Below, one piece after another: positions 13,046 to 26,350 of a DNA stretch of 64,000 bases. This DNA is from Callorhinchus milii (lineage: Eukaryota). The position numbers and the translations under genes are program-made. Every line of letters begins with the position of its first letter. The stretch's first letter is position 1. The notes below the pieces were generated by a model, which worked only from the letters and a program-made list of their open reading frames with translations, ran no database searches and was not told the DNA's origin. The stretch lies in contig NW_024704742.1 in NCBI RefSeq assembly GCF_018977255.1, positions 51,090,001-51,154,000 on the forward strand. The letters run 5' to 3'.

Positions 13046-13651
13046 TAATTTTAAAAGTAAGGATTGACAAGAGTTGACAACTATGTACAAGATACAGTAA
13101 ACTATTGGTGTATGGTCACTCCAGGGGAAAAGAGCTTCAGTGACTTTATATCCAGAATGACTATGTAGGCATGAGACCTCCGGGGCTGCTAGGGGAAGCT
13201 GTGGCCGGGAGGACCTACAACACCACACACTGTGACTGTGCAGAGCGAGCAGCTGTCAGTGTGACATAATGGACCCAGCCCCTTAGTCACATTTTGCATG
13301 GAAATCGTCTGGGATATGATGCTATAAGCCATGTAATGACATAAGACAGGATCTTATCATCAGGAGGTTCACTGTATATTTTAGCAGACAATTTTCTATT
13401 TAGGCTAATGCAAATTTCCGATATCCTCCACTTTTTATGAAGATGAACAAGGCTTTTTGAATTATGGAGAATCTAATTATCCAAAAGTGCATATGTAAGA
13501 TTGCATCCATTCAGCTTAGAACACTGCAATTGTTCATAGTTACAGTTTGAAACGGAAATCACACATTTTGCTCTCATGTCCTTCCCAACTTCAACAACCT
13601 GGATAAAGTGGAAGGGAAGGAGGGGGAAAAGAACATGAAATTCACACTTAC

Positions 13652-13720
13652 TTGCGCATCTCGATTGGTTCTTTGGAGGCTATCTCCTGCACCAAAAGTT
13701 CTTTTGCAGTTTTCTAACCA
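13652..13720 (-). CDS. fryl: fryl exon (WLENCKRTFGAGDSLQRTNRDAQ)
   Basis: tttgtttcag / CAA|gtaagt, 69 nt. Confidence 0.92.
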
Positions 13721-13903
13721 CTGAAACAAAAAGTTGAGGAAGTTTAATATTGTAGTAAGTCAACAATTCAACAAGCAGAAAATAATAACTTCTGCAAAGA
13801 CTGTAAAAGATCCTTACACTATAAAGAATATGGGTAGAAAACGTTCTTTACTTCTATATATAGTATTATTTTGGTTAAATTTGATATGTCAGTATGTTAA
13901 GTA

Positions 13904-14343
13904 TGTCAGCCTGGCTCAGTGGTAGCACACTCGCTTCTGAATCACAGGGTTGTGGGTTCAAAGCCCCACGTTGGGACTTGACCTCATACAAGCCTAAGCT
14001 GACATTCCATTTCACTGTTGGGGGGAGTGCTGCGTTATCAGAGGCGCCGTCCTTCGGATGAAACATTAAATTGAGGTCCCACCTGCCTGTTCAGGTGGAC
14101 AGTAAAGATCCCATAGCACTATTGGAAAAGAGAAGGGAATTTCTCCCAGTGTCCTGGCCGACAATCACCCAAATAAAATTGATTATTCATGTCATGGCTT
14201 TGTGAGATGTTGCTGTGTGCAATTTGGCTGCTGCTTTCGCCCACAAATACTAAGTCCCTGCCTTTCACAGTAAAACCTGTGAAGGACTCTGGGCTGTCCT
14301 AATGATTTGAAAGGTGCAATATTAAATGTAACGATTATTATTA
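13904..14343 (+). mobile_element. Near full-length Deu-domain SINE (SacSINE1/AmnSINE1 superfamily-like)
   Basis: tRNA head (tggctcagtgg...ggttcaaagcc); Deu-like core cggatgaaacattaaattgaggtccc...gtaaagatcccatagcactatt; L2-like (ATT)n tail. Confidence 0.8.
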
Positions 14344-14397
14344 TTAATAATATTCTTTGATATAAATACACAATTAACTTTTGAATGCACCATAAGT

Positions 14398-14697
14398 GGA
14401 GTCCTGTAGCTCAGTGATTGGAGCACTCGCTTTGCAAGCAAGAGACCTAGGTTCGATTCCTGGCTGGCAAAACCTTGGGCAAGTTTCCTTACTCCACACA
14501 CCTGATAATAATCTCTCAAGAAAAAAACAATAATAAATTGGTCACTTCAATCAACGACTGTTTGTGGGACACTGCTGTGCACAATTGGTTGCCGCATGTC
14601 AGCCACAAATATACAGTCAATTCACTTTACAGTATATTCTGTGAAGCTCTTTGAGACGTCTAGAAGACGTATATCAAATGCAAGGATTATTATTATT
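14398..14697 (+). mobile_element. Short tRNA-derived SINE with L2-type tail
   Basis: A/B boxes (tagctcagtg; ggttcgattcc) and tail aaatgcaagg(att)n; homologous copies at 29776, 48871 and 61078. Confidence 0.85.
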
Positions 14698-16768
14698 ATA
14701 AAATGAAAACACGCAAGCCACAAATCATCCGCTCCCAGGTTGTATCTTTATGATAGTGAAAATTCATTATTATTTGGTGTGTAGAGTTGGGGAATTCCAA
14801 TGTACTAAACTGCAGGATGTCCTCAAGGATTCTCATGATATCTGCAATTCCCTATAGGATGTTTTGCTCTCAGCTATGTTATCATTTGAGCACAGGTCAA
14901 GCAAACATTTCCCCACAGGAGAAAATTGGAGATGGTCTGTTCACTCAGGCTGTTTGCACACATTTGGGTAGATAGTTGCACAAGGCTGATACAAGCTTTA
15001 TATTCTGTATATTCTGCTGTATATTCTCTGTAATTCTAAGTAAGCATGAGACCTGCACAGCCGGTTAGTTCCCTTAGTGATGCAGAGACTTCACGGCGAC
15101 AAAAAAGATAATAAAAAACACAAGAAACACAACCTTCAACTCCAGACAGCTTTTCCTGAAATTGACAGATTTTAGATTGTTGTTTTGAACGAGGTTTGGC
15201 TAACTGGTAATTCTATAAATTATATTTACAAATGCAATCTTTTGGATTGCTTGGAAGAGTAGTAACACAAGATTGTTCCACTGTAACATTTACTGGCTCC
15301 AATGGACATTTATTTAAATAAAGAATTGAAGAACTATTAATTTAGACCTCGATAACAATTTAGTTTGGACTCAAATTTGTTGATTCGATATAATCAAAAT
15401 ATTAGTGTTTTCAGATCAAAACATTAGTGTTTTGATCTGTCACGTGACAAGTAAACTGACTAGAACAGTCTGGTCTTGCTAACAAAGCAAAATGGAAGAA
15501 ATCGTGTGTATTCTGACTGTGGAGTTGGCAGTATAAACAGACCATTAATTTTATTTTTGTATAGGCATAATATTTTGGCTCGCACATAAGTGATTGCATG
15601 GTTAGTAAGGCAAAATAATTTGCTCATATTATTTTCAACTTACATGAAAACAAATATTAAATTCTTCACAGAACAAAAATTTTCAAACAGTTTAAATTAA
15701 TTGATTTAAAACTAGAAAAAAAAATCAGAATTCGATTTTGGTAAAATCTACACAATATCTTGAATTTTTAGATTGCATTGGAAAGAATGAAATATTGCAT
15801 ATACACGGGGAATTTAAAGGGTGTGATTCCATTTTCAATTCATCAAAGAATCTTATTTATTGTCCATCATGAAGCTGTCCTACGTTATGAGAATAAGACA
15901 AGCAAATTCCATTACAAAATAAATGCCATTTAAACCTATCCAGCATAAGCATGACCCATGCAATGCAAGTGACATGAAGATGCAAGTGACATTGAGGTAC
16001 ACATTCCTCATCGGGTTAATTTAATAAATGCATCTGAATCAGTAAATTACATTTGATAGTTTGAGTGTGCGAGAATGGACAGAATACTCCAGGGACCGTG
16101 AAATCAATTTCATTTAAGTGTCAAGAATTGCAAGCTATTTCTAAATCTTATTTGGTCGTCTTTCTGTCAAAATCCAATCACAGTATTGCTTCAGAAAAAA
16201 GCTCATAAAGCAAATGTTCTGGTCAAATATCTCAATACATAACACGCTGCAATGCAGGTTACAAAACTAATATGCTGCATCTGGTTGGCAAAATATTTGA
16301 GAGACAAGAGATTTTTTGGTTCAGTTAGCACATGCATAAACCTGTCACCCTGATTAAGAGTATACAAACCAGACAGAGTTCCACATATGTATGCCATCTA
16401 TACATGGAAATTGCCATTTGTCTGGAATAGAACATGCATTGACTAACAGGAGGAATTACCCTGCTTACCAAATTCCCTAAAGTATTAGGCTCAGATTGGC
16501 AAGAGGTGAGGCTTGGGACACCAGAGATTGTGTTGGGGTACTGCTGACGTATAACCAGCTGAACTACATAGCTTGCTGTTGAGAGTGCTGTCTGCCTGCT
16601 TGATCAGCTACAAATGTGTATTTATGCATAGTAATCTCAATGTAATGTCTGTTATATGAAAATGTTAGAAAAGGTATATAAACTTAATACAATGCAGTAA
16701 CATTTTGAAGCTTATTTTAAATCTCTGTAAGTCTATTGTTTATTCACGAAAAATCACTGCTAAAAGGT

Positions 16769-17690
16769 GTCAGGCTTGCTCAGTTGGTAGCACTCTCGCC
16801 TCTAAGTCAGAAGCTTGTGGGTTTAAGCCCCGTCTCTGGGGCTTATCACTTTCAAGGCCATCCATGGCTTTGCCCCCTCCTACCTCTCTGACCTGTTGAC
16901 TCCCTACCAACCTGCCCGCTCCCTCCATTCAGCGGGCTCCGGGCTGCTCCATGTCTCCTGCCCGACCCACCCTACCATCGGTGGCCGAGCTTTCAGCCTC
17001 TCTGCCCCCACACTCTGGAACTCCATCCCACGGTCCCTTTGCCTCACTTCTTCCTTTGCCTCCTTCAAGGCCGGTCTCAAGACCCTTCTCTTCAATCGTG
17101 TTTTTGGTCTCCCTCCAACCTCTCTGCCTTCCCTCACCCCTACACCACCCCTCCCCCATGCTCGGGCCCTGACACCTGACTGTTCAGCGCTTTGGGACGT
17201 CCTCCCGACGTGAAAGGCGCTCTATAAATGTAATTTTGTTGTTGTTTTTGAATAGTATCATGGGATCTTGAATGGCCACCTGAACTGGCAGACATTCTGT
17301 TGTTGTTTGGTTTCACAATCTAGGTTGGGACTCCAATACAGTGTTGGGGCAGCACTGCAGTGTTGTCCTTTGGATGAGATAATAAACCCATCTGCCCGTT
17401 CAGGTGGACGTTAAACAACAACAACAAGATTACATTTGTATAGCGCCTTTCACTTCGGGAGGACGTCCCAAAAGATGGTTATTCACAAAGAAAGTTACTC
17501 CCAATATAATCAAAACAATCGTCCAGATAAAATTAGTTAGTTACTTCATGGCTGTTTGTGATATATTGCTCCTTGCAAATATCCTGCTGCATTCATCTAC
17601 AAATGCACAATCACTAGACTTTACGATAAACCATGTGAAGCGCTTTGAGAAGTCCTCCTGCCATTAAAGGCACAATACAATGCCAGTTAC
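16769..17690 (+). mobile_element. Deu-SINE interrupted by L2 (+, about 16843-17248) and an L2 tail (-, about 17414-17472)
   Basis: SINE head at 16769, core at 17330-17413 and tail at 17550-17690 flank the L2 pieces (IGGRAFSLSAPTLWNSIP). Confidence 0.75.
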
Positions 17691-18059
17691 TTCATTGGAA
17701 ACTCGTCAGTTAGATATGATGTGTCTAATTGCACACCAATATAAAATTTATACGTACAAAACAGGTTTTGACCCCAGGTCGCACATTTTATTAAATGCAT
17801 CAAACTCGCTTAATTTTGCAGAAAATCTTATGACCTTCATGGAACAAAGTGACAGCTTGGACAGGTCCTTGGGAGAGGCTACCAATAGTAGCATTAGAAA
17901 ATGACTTAATTTCCCTCGCTCTCTATGACAATGTATCCACTGTTTTGTGAACCTGTCATTCTACGCATCATACAATGACTACTCACCAGTACTTCAGGTT
18001 TAGAGACAACAGTACTCATTACATCTGTAGCCAAATTGTTTTACATTATCACATAAGTC

Positions 18060-19400
18060 CTTGCTGAGGATGTTAAAATTCATCCACTGGGAGACATGGA
18101 GTCTGCGTGATGAGCTTGCAGAGTTTGGTGTGGCCAAGGATGTGGGCAGTGGAGGTTTGGATAAGTTGTAGCATACAGATGGTGGGGTTGACCAGCGAGG
18201 AAGTGATTTCAAAAAGTCTGTCTAGGTGGGTAGTAACAAAGACATGAACAGGGATTTTGGCAGCTTCTGGTGTAAGATAGGGGTGAGGCAGGTAACAGGG
18301 ACCAGATATAATCCTTGCATTTGATATAATGCGTTATCACGTCTTCGAGACGTCTCAAAGCACTTCACAGAATATACTGCAAAGTAAATTGACTGTACAT
18401 TTTGTGGGCGGTATGAATGAGAAAGGAGAGCTGAGGATTTATTTGGTGAGTGTGAGAGAGGCCAGGTGATAGAGATCAGAGCTAGAAGTGAGGAGACGTT
18501 GGTGGAAGCTAAAGAGAATGGCTTCTGTCTTATCAATATTGAGTTGCAAGAAATTGTGGCTCAGTCAGGCCTTGATGTCTGACAGGCAAGTGGACAAGCA
18601 ATCGGTGGACCTGGAATCTAAAAGCTGAAGCGTAAAAGATTTGGCTTTCATCCACATATACGTGAAAGTACATCCTGTGTGTGCCAAGAGGAAGCATGTA
18701 GATAAGTGAAAGGAAAGGGTTGAGTACGGAGCCTGTGGTATTCTATGGGTGGCTGTGTAAGGGTGGGAGGAAAAACAGTTAGAAACTGCATCTCTACTGG
18801 CTCCCGGCCCCTCCAGAGGAATGAGCTCAAGATCCTTGTCCTCACTTTTAAATCCCACCACGGTTTTGCCCAACTCTACCTCTGCCACTTTCTAAACTCC
18901 TACCAATTACCCGTCGCTCCACACACAAGGCACTGTCTTGCTTCATGTCTCCCGCCCTGCCAGCCCTCCACTAGCAGTCAGGCCTTCAGCCTTTCTGCCC
19001 CCATCCTCTGGAACTCCCTCCCAGAATCGCTTCGGCTCACCCCTTCCCCTGCCTCTTTCAAAGTCCGTCTCAAGACCTCCTTTTGACCATTCCTTCAGTG
19101 ATCTTCCCCCAGCATGGGTGCAAACACTTAACTGTCCAGTGCCTTGGAACATCTTCCTGACAATGAAAGGAGCTTTATAAATTCCATTTGTTCTTTTTGT
19201 TAGCTCTGGAACACTCTCCCTCAATCCCTCCGACTTGCCCCCTCTCCCCTTTTTCAAGTCCCACTTGAAAACCTTCCTTTTCGACCGTGCTTACGGTCAT
19301 CTCCCCTCGTCCCCAGCTCAGATTCAGGCTCCGCTACTGTTAAGTGCTCTGAGACGCTACCCTGCATGGAGAGCGCTTAATAGGTGCGTTGTTGTTTGTT
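18060..19400. mobile_element. Cluster of L2 fragments (- about 18060-18790; + about 18795-19195 and 19205-19400) with a SINE tail at about 18305-18410
   Basis: L2 motifs (DCLSTCLSDIKA, AFSLSAPILWNSLP, FKSHLKTFLF). Confidence 0.75.
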
Positions 19401-20509
19401 GTATTTATGTAGCGGCTTTCATGTAGACAGTGCTAGACGCAGAGCATGGGGAGGTGACCAAAATGTGGCTTCTAACTCTGCTCTCACTCTACGAAATACA
19501 GTCACTACATTTTACACTATATTCTGTGAAGTGCTTTGAAATTGCAAATTTTGCAATGACTTTGTAGACATTTGGAGGACATTAGAAGGGGAATATTATA
19601 ATCAGTCAAGCTGCAAAGGGATAATATGCTTAAGTGACATTGGCAAGATTTCATGATGTGGGCTTCCTCCAAGATTTCCAATGCACACTCTGGAGTTCTC
19701 AAGCCTTAGCTCTTGCCAACCCTGCACCTAATACTTTTCGGAATTAGACATGAACGGTGGTACATCAAATGCAAGGATTATTATTATTCATTTTTAAAAT
19801 TTACTGTGCAAGTCAGAAAAATACTCCAAAACATTTACCTACCAAATGTGCGCATTCTAAAACTAATTAATATTTGAAGTGGGATATTATAATCAGTCAA
19901 GCCGCAAAGGGATAATATGCTTAAGTGACATTAGCAAGATTTCATGACGTGGGCTTCCTCCAAAAATCAATCAAAATGAATAATGTTATAAATATGTCAT
20001 GGCAAATTTTGCAATTACTTTGTAGACATTTGGAGGACATTAGAGGGAGATTAGAAAAAAAATGTCTAAATGCATTAAGGATTTATGCAATGTTGGTCCA
20101 AAGGCAATCATAAGATGGAGTGGTAGGGCATGACTTTAGATACATAAGTTTCTCCATGGTAAGAGTCTGTTGCGAATGGAATTGCTGAGACGAAGAGAGA
20201 GCAGGGGTTTCGAAAGAACGAGCAGAAAGCACACCCGAGTGAGCTTATATTGTTTTTCTGCATTCTTCTTGTGTCTAGTTAAGTGATAAGATCACATAAA
20301 AGGCTATTTTAGGCTTAAGAAAAAAAGGAGCAATCCTAGCCTAGAGAAAAATGAGCACACTAATACACACACTCCCCCCCCCGCCCACACACACACATGC
20401 CCCACACTAACCGCACCTGCACCACACACACATTCCCGTGAAGGAAAAATGACACGAAGCAGCAAGTGATATACCATCACAAAACTGGTTGGCAATTCTC
20501 AGTCAAATA

Positions 20510-20915
20510 AAGGGCAGACCAGTTACTGGGGGCAGGGAACCATCCACTCTCTTAACCTTATAACCAAAGCCCTAACAGGTAGGGTGGTCTTAGCTGGACA
20601 AGCAGCGGGAAAGCTTGCCAGAGAGCAATATCAATGGCAAGTTCTGTGGTTTTAGTTGGTTAGACTCCAGCAGTACCTCAATGCATACTCTAGGGTCTCC
20701 AAGCCTTGGATCTTGCCAACCTGACCTAATACTTTTCAGAATTAGCTAAGCAGGATGTGTCCCTCCAGGGAGAAAGTGTACCTTCAATTACAACAATCTA
20801 TCTCTGGGATTTATATGTGAGGTGGGATGCATAGAAATCTCAGCTTGGTCTGGATATGCTTAAGCATGGTGATGGGTTTACCCATGTATCAGACACCCGG
20901 CTGACAATTTTTTTA
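20510..20915 (-). repeat. Unclassified old interspersed repeat, copy inverted relative to 21800-22210
   Basis: Reverse complement aligns by eye with 21800-22210, 16340-16600, 25445-25600 and 31530-31750; same orientation as 46435-46655. Confidence 0.7.
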
Positions 20916-21799
20916 AGGTGTTACATTCGAGTAACCAGGATTCTTTTCCCAAGCTTTCACTGAGTTGTAATTGACTTTTCTCAGTCCTTGTGTTTTGAGT
21001 TAACATCAGGTCTCCATATTTTCACAAACGACATTGCTTCAACCAATGACTTGGAACCCAGATACAATGAGAGATGTAAATAATGTGTATGTGCAATCTA
21101 AACGTGCTGCACTGGCAAAAACATTGTGCAACAAAAGGCGCATTTCACAATAATATTGCAATTGTTTTTGTGCAGTACAGATTACGCCACTTGCTGAACA
21201 ACTCCCACTGCACATTCAAAAAACAAGTGAGAGAATATACCTTGTATATTTTCCAATCAAAACAGAAATTGATAAACTGTGCACAAACATGCATGCTTCA
21301 AAACTATAGTGATTCCAGGCCCTGGAAAATTATTGAGCTGGCTCTGCAAGGTTACAAGGTTTGCACGAACAAGAAAAAGCCTGAAAGAATCCTCTGGGGT
21401 GTGCAAACAGTGTCTCCCTGGGCTGAACTTGCTCTGAGGGTTGACTAACCTGTCTGAATCATCAGAAACACAGAGTCGCGTGTACACAAGTCATGTGCAC
21501 TGGTAAGGTGCGTGATCACCATTAATTATTCCTATCAATAGGCATTAAAACAAACTATTTACACATAGAATAAAAATTAAAAAAAACAAACCTAGCATTT
21601 GATATAGCATCTTGATATAGTCATTGCAATGTCTCAAAACGCTTCACAGGATTTCTGTAGAGTATAGTGACTATTTGTAGGTGAAGGCGGCAGCCAATTA
21701 TGTCCCACAAACAGTGATGAATTAAATAATTAATTGTAATTGGGGTATTATAGGCTACAAAACCAAGAAAAACGTTCTGCCCTTTTTAAAGAGATTTTT

Positions 21800-22210
21800 T
21801 GGGAGGTCATTTGAGTGTCAGACACCTGTGGAACCTCATCACCATGCTTAAGAGTATTCAAACCAAACTAAGAGTTTCATGCATCCCATTTACACATGGA
21901 AAGCCCAGAGATAGATTGTGGGAATGGAATGTGCATTCTCTACTTGGAGGGATGCATCTGGCTTACCTAATTCTGGAAAATATTAGGCATAATTTGGCAT
22001 GAGCCAAGATTTGGGAACCATAGAGTGTGCATTGGGGTACCTCAAGAGTCTAACCAGCTAAAATTACATAGATTGCCATTGAGAGCACTGCCTAGCAAGC
22101 TATCCTGCTGCTTGGTCCAGCCAGGACCATCATACCCATTAGGGTTTTGGCTTGCAGAGTTAGCGGGAGCTGAGTGGGAAGAGTCCCTGCGTGACTCTTG
22201 TGACTTGTGA
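21800..22210 (+). repeat. Unclassified old interspersed repeat
   Basis: Shared motifs catcaccatgcttaagagtat..aaacca, cttacctaattc...tattagg, tggca.gagccaag..ttggga. Confidence 0.7.
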
Positions 22211-22937
22211 CTGGTTTGCCCTTCCACATCCTGCTATTGAGCCAGCCTGGCTGTACTGCCATCAGCAGTGCCCTGCAATACTGCGGACCCACCAAGCTCA
22301 GGAACTGGACCAGAGGGTTGGCTCGATTCTAACATTCCATTGCCAAACATGTCACCTAGCTCCAAGGAGACCCCGCATACCTCCCACCCCCAAGGATAAT
22401 AGTCACTAATTGATCATTTGACAATCCTACAAGCGAGGTCCAATTTGAGATATTCTTATGTCAGACTTATTGAATTACTTGTGACTTCTGGTTTGAAAAC
22501 ATCAGATGCACTTTGTTTTCTTTGACTGACAGCTTTCAAGATTCAGGATTAACAGTTTGCGAATCTCCTAAATAAAACTGCTTTAAACATCTGCAGTCTG
22601 CAACAAATACAGTTTATGAAAATGGCAGATCTATCTCCCGTTCATTTATCTATACAGCTGCCTAGCTGTACAGATTGATGTTATTTACACATTTTCTTTC
22701 CCTCAATCTTCATTGATGCAACAACTAAGATTCTTAATCTTCACTTCTGTAGTAATTCCTGATTATTTTTATAAATTAGTTTTGCAAAGAAAGACAAAGA
22801 AAATTTAGGAGTGGGAATAAGAGTAGATGGACATGTGAAATCAGAATCATGCCCTTGTTTAACCTGAATTGCTACAGACAAATATGCTGATTGCAAAGAA
22901 CAGGTTTTTCTTTTATAAGTCAACTGTATAAATATTA

Positions 22938-23153
<216 letters not shown>

Positions 23154-23990
23154 TTATATACCTGGTGTTTTACTGCAAATGTATGCAAGAACAATAGTCA
23201 GAAAACTGGGGGATACAGTTGCAGATTGGGTTAGTGAATTCTTAGAATGCATTGGCATGTAAGTTTCTTTACACAATTTTAGAACTATTTTTGATCTTCA
23301 AAGCACCTTCTAGTAGTATAAGACTCATACGGTGCTTTGATCCTCACCACTGCAGTCACAAAACACTGGTTTATTGCAGAACTACATGTTTCCATGTGGA
23401 GCGCTGCTGAGCAGAAGTTATGAATCTCCAAAGGGAAACTGATCAAGCACCACCTAGTGGTCAGCTAAAAATCCTCAATTAGCAGTGTGGTATCAGCTCC
23501 AGCACTGGGAGACAGGGATAATTGAAATAAATAGATCTGAAGGGGAAAAAAAACTAAACAGATAATTTAAGAGCTTAGAAATCTGCAGGATTCAATGATC
23601 ATTGGAGCAAGATATTTGTAGATAAACTATTAGTGCAATGTACAGTACAGTCTAGTCATAAAATATTACTCGTAGTTATTGCTGTGCTGAAGTAGAGGAC
23701 TATTTTCATGTCAACATATAAATAATCTGTAAATAGGAGTGTGTGAGTCAAGCTACAATTTACATGGGATAGCCCTTTTGATAATTAAAAACTATAACTG
23801 GAATAAGTTTAAACCTCCTTGGACTTTAGGAACCACTAGAAACTAAAAGCAAAAATACATTAAGAAGTGCTCAATTTCTAGGGAAAACCTTATTCACTAA
23901 TGAATGTTAATTACTTATTTGCAAATCAAATATATCAGGTAAATATAATGCATTAATACAATTAAGAGTGTAACTGAAGTAGAGACTTAC

Positions 23991-24140
23991 AGTTTCAGCA
24001 TCCAAAAACACTGTAGGGCAATCTGAACATATCATCATTACTTCCAATGAACTCTTGAACTTTGACCCAATTCGCTGCAAACTGTCCCCCAAATGACTGA
24101 CGGAATCATGAGTTATGGCACAGAATTTCTTCTGAATGCT
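23991..24140 (-). CDS. fryl: fryl exon (SIQKKFCAITHD...PTVFLDAET)
   Basis: tttgcag / ACT|gtaagt, 150 nt. Confidence 0.95.
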
Positions 24141-25052
24141 CTGCAAACAATAAGCCAAGAATTCAAGTTAGCCTGATCTTTAACCCTTTATATCCTATAT
24201 TGTTTATGCGCTCTGGGACCCGGAGGGCGAAATACAAATGCAAGATGTTGATGATGTTGTTTGTTTCAGCTAAATTTCAGATTAGCAAACATTTAGTGTT
24301 TATAAACCTAATGTGTGAACTACAATGTTTGAGAGAATCAGATATCTTACTTTGCCACTGATCAAAGAACAACACCAAAAGTTGCTGTGACTTCTGCAAA
24401 TATCCTGCAGTCCCAGCAACACTAAATATCTCATTTTGATGAACAGACAGAACATGCAAACCAAATTTCTGCCCCTGTTCTCTGGAACTATCCTGGAGTC
24501 CCTCTCAGCGCTTTGTGATGTTGTCCCAATGTGAAAGGTACTATATAAATGTAAATTTGTATTGTACTGTATGGAATTATCCATTGCTATTTTTGCTTTT
24601 TGAGATATATATACACACACACACACTGTGAAACAATAACACAAACCGATGGATCCCCAAACATTTATAGTAGTTGCAATTTCATTACGGTGAACAGTAA
24701 CAATTTCATTCAGGAGTGGACCTTTGGTTTAACAAGCCTACTTGTCCAATTTCCCAGGTATCAGATCACGTCCTTTCCTCACAATTACTTTAAATTAGCA
24801 GAAATGTAATAGGTATTAATGGAATAGTTTCTGTTCATTTAATAATAGCAAACGGGACAAGACAAGATAAGCTCTCATCAACTTTAGAGTGTCTGAACTC
24901 TTAGCAACAGATGCTTATCACTATTTATCCTAACTCAGTGTGGAACATGACATAAACACTTTAGCAAACAGAAAAATAAACATGGCTGTCACTGAACATT
25001 CCGACTATTGATTTCCTTGGACTGCTAGTAAACCTATAGATTTTCAGCATTA

Positions 25053-25319
<267 letters not shown>

Positions 25320-25979
25320 TCAAAGCAAGCAATCTAATTCACACGGGGGAAAAGAATTTTGGATTAACTCTACTCACTGGCCTTTTGGGATAAGTAAAGC
25401 TTACACAATCCTTACATTTGTTACGGTGTCTTTCATGTCAGGAGGAAGTCCCTAAGTGGAATGGCATCGCCATAAGTATTAAAACCAGACATGAGTTCCA
25501 TATATACAGACCACTTATGCATGGAAATGTTCCTTTGTCTGGAATGCAATGCCCACTCTCTCTGGAGGACGCACACCGCTTACCTAATTTGGGTATTAAA
25601 GCGTCCAAGCGTTTTGTCCAGCTAAAAAACAACCTACCAACTCATAAATTACGTCTTTGTCTTTTGGTAATAGGAACAAAGCCAAAGGATAAAGCCAACA
25701 TTATTTACTTATAACAAATGCACATCTCGTATCTGTGAGACAATTGGAGAGGAAAAGCTGCAGATTCTGAAGGTAATGGTTTGTCTGAAAGAGGAAAGGG
25801 AAGAAAAACAGGAGACCACATTGGAACAGATGAGAAACTAAAAATGGATCCAAAAAATAGAGCATTAATTTAGGATTTCAGTATAGTTTGTTGCAATCAT
25901 TTAGAAATGTTTTGAATATGGTTCATCTTTTATAGCTTTCACAATTACCATGCAATTTTTGATTTAGTTTCTACACAGC

Positions 25980-26350
25980 ACTTTTTTCCCACTAGTTTTC
26001 TCCCCTGCTGCTTGCCTGAAGGCTTTTCCTGCTATCGGTATAGTTTTATGGATGACCTCCAGCAGCTCACCTGAGTGGCTATCATGAAGTTTTCAGCCTT
26101 GCGTATGTTCTGACGGGCTGATCGATCACAGGGGCCTGACAGCTGAACCCCAGGCCCATCTTTACCCAACATTCATCTTAGTCCCTTAGCAGACGTCTCT
26201 AGACAGTGGTCAGGAGTGGGAGCCCTGGCTAATTTCCCCCTCCGGAAACGAGATACTGAAGTCAATAGTACGCCCCAGCTACAAACCTGAGCTCAACAGA
26301 TAAAGAATCAGGAATCAAACCTACAAATCTCTGATCTGCCTTCACCATGA
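25980..26350 (-). mobile_element. Old SINE-like repeat of a third family (related pieces at about 56570-56780 - and 60490-60720 +)
   Basis: Shared ggggg/tgaaattagccagggctccc.ctcctga.cact and ctgagatcagctaa motifs; degenerate B-box. Confidence 0.55.

Noticed and set aside
14398..14470. tRNA-Ala(TGC)-like sequences here and at 10314-10398, 29776, 49105-49179 and 61078
   Set aside because: Acceptor stems do not pair properly and each runs into a repeat body; they are SINE heads, not tRNA genes
9688..19426. Many 60-130 aa Pro/Ser- or Gly-rich ORFs
   Set aside because: All fall in decayed L2 fragments or their antisense strand
20363..20431. CA-rich tract
   Set aside because: Ordinary degenerate microsatellite
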